From Candidatus Eiseniibacteriota bacterium (GTDB lineage: Bacteria; Eisenbacteria; RBG-16-71-46; CAZAMP01): a stretch of DNA of 64,000 nucleotides. Every line of letters begins with the position of its first letter. Position 1 is the first letter of the stretch. Shown piece by piece: positions 19,075 through 27,057 of this stretch. Below the pieces are notes generated by a model. It had not been told where the DNA came from, did not search any database, and saw only the letters and a list, made by a program, of their open reading frames with translations. The stretch covers positions 2,688,001-2,752,000 of the forward strand of contig OZ245046.1 of the NCBI GenBank assembly GCA_965224245.1, given 5' to 3'. The translations under genes were made by a program, and so were the position numbers.

Positions 19075-20670
19075 GTGAGCGTCACCCCGGCCCTCGTGCT
19101 CCGAGGGATCTCGAAGTCGTACTTCGGCAATCAGGTGCTCAGAGACGTCGACCTCGACGTCGCGCCTGGCGAGATTCACGCGCTGGTCGGCGAGAACGGC
19201 GCCGGCAAGTCCACGCTGATGAACATCCTGTTCGGCATGCCGGTCATCCACGAGACCGGCGGATACGAGGGTGAGATCGAGCTCGGCGGCCGACTCGTGC
19301 GCCCCACCGCCCCCGCACACGCGATGGCCCACGGCGTCGGCATGGTGCATCAGGAGTTCATGCTGCTGCCGGGCTTCACGATCACCGAGAACATCAAGCT
19401 CAACCGGGAGCGCACGCGACCCACGATCGCGTCGCGCGTCCTCGCGCCCATCGGCGGCCGTACCCGGAACGCGCTGGAGACGCTCGACTATCCACGGATG
19501 AACGCCGACACGCGCCGGGCGCTGGACCAGATCGGCATGTCGCTCGACGAGGGGCTGCCCATCGGCGCGCTTCCGGTGGGTCACCTGCAGTTCGTGGAGA
19601 TCGCACGCGAGGTGGACAAGGAGAACGCACGGGTGCTCGTGTTCGACGAGCCGACGGCCGTGCTCACCGAGTCCGAGGCCGACGAGCTCCTGGGCGTCAT
19701 GCGACGACTCGCCGAGAGCGGCATCGCCATTCTCTTCATCACGCACCGTCTGGACGAGGTGTGCGCGATCGCCGATCGGATCACGGTGCTCCGGGACGGC
19801 GCGTGTGTGGGGCGACTCGATCGCGGCGAGGCCGCACCGGAGCGCATCGCCGAGCTCATGATCGGACGGGAGCTGAAGCCACGGACGACGTCGACGCGGG
19901 GCGACCAGACGGCCGAGCCGCTCCTGGTCATCGAGGATCTTCACGTGGAGATGCCGGGTGAGGGCGTCCACGGACTCTCGCTGTCGATCGGAGCCGGCGA
20001 GATCCTCGGCATCGCCGGTCTGGCCGGTCAAGGGAAGCTCGGGATCGCGAACGGCGTCATGGGCCTTCAGCCCGCGCGCGGGCGCGTGACGTTCCGGGGA
20101 CGCGACGTACCGCTGGGCAGCCCCATCGACGCGATCGACGCGGGGCTCGCGTTCGTCAGCGAGGACCGGCGGCGCGTGGGGCTTCTCCTCGACGAGTCGA
20201 TCGAGCGGAACATCGCCGCCACCGCGATCACCGCACAGGGGCGCTTCCTCCGGGGCGCCGGACCGCTCGCAATGGTCGACGAGACGTCGGTTCGGGCCCA
20301 TGCCGAGAAGATGGTCGGTGACTTCGACATCCGCTGCCGCGGCCCCCGCGACATCGTGCGGCGACTCTCCGGCGGCAACCAGCAGAAGGTCTGCCTGGCG
20401 CGGGCGATCACGCTGGAGCCCGAGCTCCTGTTCGTCTCCGAGCCCACGCGCGGCGTCGACGTGGGCGCGAAGGAACGCGTGCTGAACCTCCTCGTGGACA
20501 TGAACCGCTCCCGGGGCACGACGATCGTCCTGACCTCGAGCGAGCTCGGCGAGCTCCGGCAGGTGGCCGATCGGATCGCGGTCGTGGACGGCGGTCGCGT
20601 GGTCGGCATCCTGCCCCCCGATGCCCGCGACGTGGAGTTCGGGCTCCTGTTCGGCGGAGGCGGCGCGTGA
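19075..20670 (+). CDS. Sugar/nucleoside-type (CUT2) ABC transporter ATP-binding protein, two NBDs
   Basis: GENGAGKST, DEPTA, LSGGNQQKV, EPTRGVDVGAK. Confidence 0.93.
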   Translation: MSVTPALVLRGISKSYFGNQVLRDVDLDVAPGEIHALVGENGAGKSTLMNILFGMPVIHETGGYEGEIELGGRLVRPTAPAHAMAHGVGMVHQEFMLLPGFTITENIKLNRERTRPTIASRVLAPIGGRTRNALETLDYPRMNADTRRALDQIGMSLDEGLPIGALPVGHLQFVEIAREVDKENARVLVFDEPTAVLTESEADELLGVMRRLAESGIAILFITHRLDEVCAIADRITVLRDGACVGRLDRGEAAPERIAELMIGRELKPRTTSTRGDQTAEPLLVIEDLHVEMPGEGVHGLSLSIGAGEILGIAGLAGQGKLGIANGVMGLQPARGRVTFRGRDVPLGSPIDAIDAGLAFVSEDRRRVGLLLDESIERNIAATAITAQGRFLRGAGPLAMVDETSVRAHAEKMVGDFDIRCRGPRDIVRRLSGGNQQKVCLARAITLEPELLFVSEPTRGVDVGAKERVLNLLVDMNRSRGTTIVLTSSELGELRQVADRIAVVDGGRVVGILPPDARDVEFGLLFGGGGA

Positions 20671-21722
20671 TTCGTCTGCTCGCCCGGATCGGGCTCACGC
20701 GGCTGACGCTCTCGGCGTTTCTGCTCGTCTTGTGGGGCGCGAGCTATCTCGGCACCGATCTCGACTTCGGCATCCTGTTCACCGACTGCCTGGTGCGCGC
20801 GGGCATGAACGGGATCCTCGTGCTAGCGCTGGTGCCCGCCGTGCGCGCCGGCGTCGGGCTCAACTTCGGGATCCCGCTGGGGATCGTGTGCGGTCTCTTC
20901 GGCATGGTCGTCTTGATGGATCGAGACATCCGCGGGCCGGTGGGCCTCTTCGGCTCGATGGCGCTCGGCGCCGCGGTGGGTGCGATCGCGGGGTATCTCT
21001 ACGCGCTCCTCCTCGAGCGCGTGAAGGGCCAGGAGATGATGGTCGGCATCTACGTAGGCTTCGCGTCGGTGGCCGGTGCGTCGATCTTCTGGCTCGTGGT
21101 GCCGGTGGCGAACCCCGAGCTGGTCTGGCCGCTCGGCGGCGTGGGGCTGCGGAACACGCTCGTGCTCGCCGACTACTTCGAGCGCGTGCTCGACGCCTTC
21201 GGCTCGTTTCCGCTGGGCAACGGGACGTTCCCCACGGGGCTTCTCGTGTTCTGGCTGGGGGCGTGCGGGCTCTTCGCCCTGTTTCTGCGCACCCGGATCG
21301 GCGTGGCGCTGTCGTCGGCCGGCGCCAACCCGCGCTTCGCCGAGGCCAGCGGCGTGAACGTCCGGCGGATGCGCGCGCTCGGGATCATCCTGTCGACGTC
21401 GATGGCGGCGGTCGGCATCGTCGTGTTCAGCCAGTCGTACGGGTTCGTGCAGCTCTACAAGGCACCGCTCCTGATGGCGTTCCCGACCGTGGCGGCACTC
21501 CTGATCGGGGGCGCCAGCGTGCAGCGGGCGTCCATCGCGCACGTGATCGTGGGCACGTTCCTGTTCCAGAGCGTTCTGACCACGTCGCTGCCGCTCGTCA
21601 ACGAGCTCGTGGCGACGCGCGGCAGCGGTGGAGCCGAGCTCGGCAACATCCCCGAGATCGCGCGGCTCATCATCTCGAACGGCATCATCCTCTACGCGCT
21701 CACGCGGCGGGAGCGGTCATGA
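20667..21722 (+). CDS. ABC transporter permease
   Basis: Multi-TM; GVGLNFG and G.N.RFAEASGVN motifs; overlaps neighbours. Confidence 0.9.
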   Translation: MIRLLARIGLTRLTLSAFLLVLWGASYLGTDLDFGILFTDCLVRAGMNGILVLALVPAVRAGVGLNFGIPLGIVCGLFGMVVLMDRDIRGPVGLFGSMALGAAVGAIAGYLYALLLERVKGQEMMVGIYVGFASVAGASIFWLVVPVANPELVWPLGGVGLRNTLVLADYFERVLDAFGSFPLGNGTFPTGLLVFWLGACGLFALFLRTRIGVALSSAGANPRFAEASGVNVRRMRALGIILSTSMAAVGIVVFSQSYGFVQLYKAPLLMAFPTVAALLIGGASVQRASIAHVIVGTFLFQSVLTTSLPLVNELVATRGSGGAELGNIPEIARLIISNGIILYALTRRERS

Positions 21723-22798
21723 TCGCGCGCTTCGTCCTGCCGAACCTCGTGCCCCTGCTCTTCGGCGTGCTGTGCGTGTTCGGCGTGGTCGCGGCCGGCA
21801 TTCCCTGGCCGTTCCTGGCCAACGAGATCCTGACCCGGCTGGCGCGGAACCTCTTCCTCGTGCTCTCGCTGATCATCCCGGTGGTCGCCGGAATGGGGCT
21901 CAACTTCGGGATCGTGGTCGGCGCGATGTGCGGTCAGGTGGGGCTCATCGTGGTCGAGAACATGGCCACCCTCGAGCGTGGGGTGACCGGCGGCCTGCAC
22001 GGCCTCGACGCGATGGGGCTGGCGATCCTGGTGGCGTTTCCCCTGAGCCTCGTCTTCGGATGGCTCACGGGCCTGCTCCTGAACAAGGCGAAGGGCCGCG
22101 AGATGATCACCGGGATGATCCTCGGGTTCTTCGCGAACGGCATCTATCAGCTCGCGTTCCTGTTGATGGCGGGGCCGATCATCCCGATCCGGAACGAGCG
22201 GATCCTCCTCCCCACCGGCGTCGGGCTTCGCAACACGATCGATCTGATCGCGACCAAGCAGCAGCTCGACGAGCTTCTCCGACCCTCGATCCCGTTCCTG
22301 GGGTCCCGGCTGTTCCTGCCGCTGGCCACGTTCGGGGTGATCGCGCTCCTGAACGTGGGCCTCAGGTGGTTCCTGCGCACGAAGGCGGGACAGGATCTGC
22401 GCGCCGTGGGACAGGACACGCACGTGGCCGAGATCGCCGGAATCGCGGTGAACGCGAACCGCGTGCGGGCGATCGTGCTGTCCACCGTTCTCGGGTCGAT
22501 CGGTCACATCATCTGGCTCTCCAACATCGGCGCCATGAACACCTACCAGAGCCACGAGCAAGTCGGGCCCTACGCGATCGCGGCGCTCCTCGTCGGCGGC
22601 GCGACCGTCGCGCGCGCGACCATCCGGCACGCGATCGTGGGCACGTTCCTCTTCCACACGCTGTTCATCGTGTCGCCGCTGGCCGGCCAGCGGCTGCTCG
22701 GCAGCGCACAGATCGGCGAGTACTTCCGGGAGTTCATCGCCTACGCGGTGATCGGGGTCACGCTGGCGCTGCATGCGTGGAAGCGGGGACGGTTCTGA
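21719..22798 (+). CDS. ABC transporter permease
   Basis: Multi-TM; GMGLNFG, GQDLRAVGQD..VAEIAGI; ATGA overlap. Confidence 0.9.
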   Translation: MIARFVLPNLVPLLFGVLCVFGVVAAGIPWPFLANEILTRLARNLFLVLSLIIPVVAGMGLNFGIVVGAMCGQVGLIVVENMATLERGVTGGLHGLDAMGLAILVAFPLSLVFGWLTGLLLNKAKGREMITGMILGFFANGIYQLAFLLMAGPIIPIRNERILLPTGVGLRNTIDLIATKQQLDELLRPSIPFLGSRLFLPLATFGVIALLNVGLRWFLRTKAGQDLRAVGQDTHVAEIAGIAVNANRVRAIVLSTVLGSIGHIIWLSNIGAMNTYQSHEQVGPYAIAALLVGGATVARATIRHAIVGTFLFHTLFIVSPLAGQRLLGSAQIGEYFREFIAYAVIGVTLALHAWKRGRF

Positions 22799-22834
22799 GC
22801 CGCACGCACGGCGGGCGATCGCCGCGGTGATGCC

Positions 22835-23281
22835 CTGGCGGTGGAGGCTCTTCACCCGCCCCCAGGACACGCGGCGTACCGGCGTCGCATCCGCGCTGGA
22901 GAACGTACCGGCGATGGTGAAGGGATGAGGACAGTCCGCGACGGGATCCATCGCGTCGACGCGTGCGTACACGCGGAGAATGCCCGACGCATACTCGGAG
23001 ATGAGCCACGAACACGACTCGAAGTCGTCGGCGACGCCTTCGCCGGTCTGGACCATCTCCTCCACCGCGAACGTGAAGATCGCGTCGGGCATCTCGGCGG
23101 CACGCGCGGCGAGGGTCCGGAGAAGGTCGTCGCGTCGCCGAAGAACTCGACGGGCACCGTGTACGGATCACCGGACTCGAACACTTTCCCGGTATCGATG
23201 TCGAACAGATCCAGGGCGCCGGCGAGCGCGGGGGCGCCCGACGATCAGGGAGGTCGTGAGAAGAACCGTGCGCGCCCTCAT
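22835..23281 (-). pseudogene. Degraded gene for a secreted protein with TPVxxxSWGxVK C-terminal tail
   Basis: GAGGAG RBS + MRARTVLLTTSLIVG; coding sense continues only after frame changes near 23235 (APALAGALDLFDIDTGKVFES) and 23112 (EMPDAIFTFAVEE); ends ATPVRRVSWGRVKSLHR followed by CAG where a TAG stop is expected. Confidence 0.65.
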
Positions 23282-23574
23282 GAGCCGACTCCTCGAGTGC
23301 GGGTTCACATCGACGGTCCCGAGGAATGACACCGCGCCCCGCTCGACCACGGCTGCGCACGCCGCCTCGCTGGCATCCGACGCCCCATGCCGACCCCATC
23401 GTCACGCTGCGGACTCGCCATGACGCACGGCACGGCGATCGGCCGACCCGGACCGGGTGCGACACGACGGACCGACACCCTGGTCATCGCGACGGGCCGT
23501 GCTGGACCGCTCTCCAGCGGATTCGCCGTTCTCCACCGGACTCGTCGGCGGGACATCCCGGGCGCGCCGGACGA

Positions 23575-23596
23575 GGGGACCGGAACGCCGGTCCCC
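23575..23596. other. Perfect 9-bp inverted repeat upstream of the substrate-binding protein gene
   Basis: GGGGACCGG-AACG-CCGGTCCCC; no U tract, function unknown. Confidence 0.5.
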
Positions 23597-23694
23597 GCCC
23601 GGGAATTGCATACCGAGCCGTTCCGCCCCCGTGTTGCCAACCCCAGACCCGCAGGCTAGGCTCTCAGCAACACGCTCGAACCCAGGAGGATCGA

Positions 23695-24936
23695 ATGCGC
23701 CCCATCCGAGGGCTTCGCTGGCTGAGTCCCATCGCGCTCACCGTCACGCTCGCGCTCGCCGCCGGCTGCTCCGGAGACGGAAGCGGCGACACGCAGAGGA
23801 CCACTCCCGGCTCCGACGCCGCCGCGACGTCGGGGGCCGGCGACGCCGCCATGGCCGACGGCCACCGCGCCGGCATGACCACCGCCGGTGCGGAGGGCAC
23901 CCACGACCTCGACTTCAAGGTCGGGATCATGACCGGCACCGTCTCCCAGGGCGAGGACGAGTACCGCGGTGCCGAACGCGTGATCCGGAAGTACGGCTCG
24001 GACCAGATCCGCCACGTCACATATCCCGACAACTTCATGACCGAGCAGGAGACGATGATCGCGCAGATCCTGAACCTCGCGGCCGACTCCGAGGTGAAGG
24101 CGATCGTCCTCGCCCAGGGCGTCCCGGGATCGATGGCGGCGATCAAGAAGGTCAAGGAGCTCCGGCCCGACATGCTCTTCCTGATCGACAACCCGCACGA
24201 GGATCCGCATCAGATCAGTCAGTACGCCGACGTGTGCGTGATCCCCGACGACCTGAAGCGCGGCGAGACGATCATGGAGCTCTCGCAGAAGATGGGGGCG
24301 ACCACGTTCATCCACTACTCGTTCCCCCGCCACATGAGCCAGGAGCTCCTGGCGCGCCGCAAGGACATCATGCAGGGCTACGCCGAGACGCACGGAATGG
24401 AGTTCATCTACGTCAACGCTCCCGATCCCACCGGCGATCAGGGGCTACCGGGCGCACAGAAGTTCATCCTGGAGGACGTGCCGCGGCAGATCGCGCAGCA
24501 CGGGAAGAGCACGGCCTTCTTCGCCACGAACTGCGGCATGCAGGAGCCGCTGATCCGCGCCGCGCTCGACGGCGGGGCGATCTTCCCCGAGCAGTGCTGT
24601 CCGTCCCCCACGCACGGATACCCGGGTGCGCTCGGCATCGCGATCTCGGACGAAGACGCCGGCAACATGGCGGCCATCCGGGATGCGATCGAGGAGAAGG
24701 TGACCGCCGCGGATCAGAACGGACGCATGGCCACCTGGCCCGAGTCCGTGGGCATGGTCGGGATCGCCGCGCTGACCGAGCTCGCGATCAAGGGCGTCCG
24801 CGGCGAGGTGAAGGTGAACGATCAGGCGGCGCTGACCGCGGAGTTCGAGACCGCGGCCGGAGTCGACGTGACGATGGTGCCGTTCGAGGACAAGGACAAC
24901 TACTACATGTTCCTCCTCGACAGCGTGATCTTCTAG
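23695..24936 (+). CDS. DUF3798 family ABC substrate-binding lipoprotein
   Basis: AGGAGG RBS; LAAGC lipobox; GIMTGTVSQGEDEYRGA, TYPDNFM.EQET, HYSFPRHMS, APDP...G..GAQ.FILE, TN..MQEPL, CCPSP. Confidence 0.9.
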   Translation: MRPIRGLRWLSPIALTVTLALAAGCSGDGSGDTQRTTPGSDAAATSGAGDAAMADGHRAGMTTAGAEGTHDLDFKVGIMTGTVSQGEDEYRGAERVIRKYGSDQIRHVTYPDNFMTEQETMIAQILNLAADSEVKAIVLAQGVPGSMAAIKKVKELRPDMLFLIDNPHEDPHQISQYADVCVIPDDLKRGETIMELSQKMGATTFIHYSFPRHMSQELLARRKDIMQGYAETHGMEFIYVNAPDPTGDQGLPGAQKFILEDVPRQIAQHGKSTAFFATNCGMQEPLIRAALDGGAIFPEQCCPSPTHGYPGALGIAISDEDAGNMAAIRDAIEEKVTAADQNGRMATWPESVGMVGIAALTELAIKGVRGEVKVNDQAALTAEFETAAGVDVTMVPFEDKDNYYMFLLDSVIF

Positions 24937-25010
24937 CGCCGCCTTCCCGACGCGATCGCCGAACGCCGAGCCGCCTCGGTGTCGCCGATCGCCCGGGCCC
25001 CGGGGGCCGG

Positions 25011-26423
25011 CTACCGCGCGTCGGCCTCCGGTGCATAACGCGCCTTCACGCCCCCCCACGACGACCGTGTGACCGGCGTGTCGAGACACGACTCGTCACC
25101 CGCCCCGATCGTCTGGTCGCAGGTGACGCCCGCGGCGCAGGGTCCTCCTTCGGTGACGCCCACGTCCACGTCGTCGGTGGGCGCGCTCACGCAGGACGGC
25201 CGCGCGCAGAAGCACTCGGCCCCCGCGGCGGTGCCGTTCGTGGCCTCGAACGAGGCGTCGCCGAGAATCACGACCCCACCCTCGTCGATCGAGGAGCAGG
25301 TGGCCGTTCCGCGGGCGCTCTCGCCCGAGAGCCAGCCGTCCACCCCCGCGTCCGCGCAGTTCGCGCCGATCAGGGTGGTCGTCAGGTCGACGGCACCGGT
25401 GCCGGTGACCGCGATCCCGCCCCCGCTCGCCGCCGCGTTCCCGGCGACCGTCGTCGATGCCATGATGACGCTCGAGTCGACCACGTAGACGCCGCCACCG
25501 AGGCCGGACGCGATCCCGTCTCCCTCGGCGCGGTTGCCCACGACGCGCGTGTTCACGAGCGTGATGGCGGACGCGTCGCTGACCGAGATGCCCGCGCCGT
25601 TCGCCAGGGTGACGTTGCCGGCCACCAGGCATCGATCGAGCGTGCCCGTGCAGTCGTAGGTCCAGACGAGCCCACCGGTGAGGTTGCTCGTGATCGTACA
25701 CTCGGTGAGATCCGAGCGTGACACCTCCTGCGTCCACATGCCGCGGAGCCCGTTGTCCGTGATCGTGCACCGGGTCAGCGTCATGTTCGAGTGGAGGTTG
25801 ACCACGCCGTGCCACGTGTTGCCGGAGACGGTGGTCAACGTGATCAGCGTGTTGCCGACGTGTCCTGAGATGCCCACGCCGGTGTTGTCCACGACCTCGC
25901 ACTGGATGACGCGCGATCGGTCGTAGTAGCACATCAGGGCGCCGCCAGACGGGGACGTGTTGCCGGTGATGATGCAGCCCCGGATCGTGGGATCGGAACG
26001 CTTGATGTAGATGCCGGCGCCGATCTGGTTCTGCCAGCCGCCCTCGTTGCGGAGGTATCCGCCCCGGATGGTCAGGAACTCGACCTTCGTGGTGGACGGC
26101 TCCTCGTTCGTGATCAGGATCACGCGCGCCGGGTCCGCATCGCTGCCCATGGCGTCGATGATGCACGCCGTCGGATCCTCGCTCCGCGACCGGAGGACGA
26201 TGTTCTTTCCCCGGAAGCTGATGTTCCGGTTGCCTTCGCCGGAGTAGACGCCGTCCTCGAGCTCGATCACGGACCAGTCGTGCGCGAGATCGATCGCGGC
26301 CTGGATGTTGGGCGCGTCACCGAGCCCGTCGGGTCGCAGGCGAAACGTCTCGGCCGTGGAGGCGCGCGTGAAGACGAGAGCGGTGACGACGAGACACGTG
26401 ACGGCGAGTCGCTGAGCACGCAT
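25011..26423 (-). CDS. Secreted right-handed parallel beta-helix repeat protein with SWGGVK C-terminal tail
   Basis: Signal peptide; DG.GD.P.IQAAID, G.Y.GEGNRNISF.GK, repeated I..N...GG units; ends TPVTRSSWGGVKARY. Confidence 0.85.
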   Translation of the reverse strand: MRAQRLAVTCLVVTALVFTRASTAETFRLRPDGLGDAPNIQAAIDLAHDWSVIELEDGVYSGEGNRNISFRGKNIVLRSRSEDPTACIIDAMGSDADPARVILITNEEPSTTKVEFLTIRGGYLRNEGGWQNQIGAGIYIKRSDPTIRGCIITGNTSPSGGALMCYYDRSRVIQCEVVDNTGVGISGHVGNTLITLTTVSGNTWHGVVNLHSNMTLTRCTITDNGLRGMWTQEVSRSDLTECTITSNLTGGLVWTYDCTGTLDRCLVAGNVTLANGAGISVSDASAITLVNTRVVGNRAEGDGIASGLGGGVYVVDSSVIMASTTVAGNAAASGGGIAVTGTGAVDLTTTLIGANCADAGVDGWLSGESARGTATCSSIDEGGVVILGDASFEATNGTAAGAECFCARPSCVSAPTDDVDVGVTEGGPCAAGVTCDQTIGAGDESCLDTPVTRSSWGGVKARYAPEADAR

Positions 26424-26552
26424 GGCCTCTCCATGGCTCGAGCCGTTCGGGAGAGCACGGGGTCCCAATCTAGCACGGCATGGCAATCGGTTGGTGTATA
26501 CACGCTTACACGTGGTGACGGGCGGGCGGGTGGATCGAGGGGCCTCGGGAGG

Positions 26553-26954
26553 TCAGCGGTTGCGCATCGCGATCCGGTTGTAGACCCACGCGATCAGCCA
26601 GCCCAGGAGCGCACCCACGATCGCGCCGTACAGGAAGCCCAGCACCGACCCCAGCCACGTGACGCTGTAGCCGGGGAAGTAGTTGCCGAGCAGGTTCAGG
26701 TGCTTGCCGACGTTCGTGCCCCCGCGGACGAGAAGCCACACGGTGGCCACGAAGAGCCCGACGCCGCCGGTGAACCCGAACACCACGGCCATGACGCCCG
26801 CGCGCAGACGTGCCACCGCAGCCCCCAGGAGCGCCCACTCGTCTCGGGACAGCTCCGAGGACGGACGCGCCGCGAGCGTCTCGGCCCCACGCGAACCGGC
26901 CCGGGGCGCAGCGTCACCGCGTGGCGTGTCGGCTTCCGACTTCGACACGTCCAT
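26553..26954 (-). CDS. Small membrane protein homologous to the C-terminal domain of the upstream oxidoreductase
   Basis: Hydrophobic segments; ATVWLLVRGG.NVG.HL.LL.NYFPGYSVT; GAGG RBS. Confidence 0.8.
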   Translation of the reverse strand: MDVSKSEADTPRGDAAPRAGSRGAETLAARPSSELSRDEWALLGAAVARLRAGVMAVVFGFTGGVGLFVATVWLLVRGGTNVGKHLNLLGNYFPGYSVTWLGSVLGFLYGAIVGALLGWLIAWVYNRIAMRNR

Positions 26955-26971
26955 GGACCTCGACCTCCTCG

Positions 26972-27034
26972 GACCTCTCAGACCTCTCGGACTTCTCAGA
27001 CCTCTCGGACTTCTCAGACCTCTCGGACCTCTCG
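26972..27034. repeat. Intergenic 9-bp tandem repeat, 7 units of GACYTCTCR
   Basis: GACCTCTCA GACCTCTCG GACTTCTCA GACCTCTCG GACTTCTCA GACCTCTCG GACCTCTCG, with degenerate units on both flanks. Confidence 0.92.
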
Positions 27035-27057
27035 GACTCGACGGACTCCCGCGAGCG

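Noticed and set aside
21692-22834. Long C-terminal extension of the 466-aa minus-strand ORF
   Set aside because: Read-through antisense to the permease after loss of the pseudogene stop; not protein-like
23387-23659. 90-aa plus-strand ORF or riboswitch upstream of the DUF3798 gene
   Set aside because: No RBS or recognisable protein features, and no riboswitch consensus recognised; only an isolated hairpin
26972-27034. Possible CRISPR array
   Set aside because: 9-bp units without spacers and no cas genes in the window
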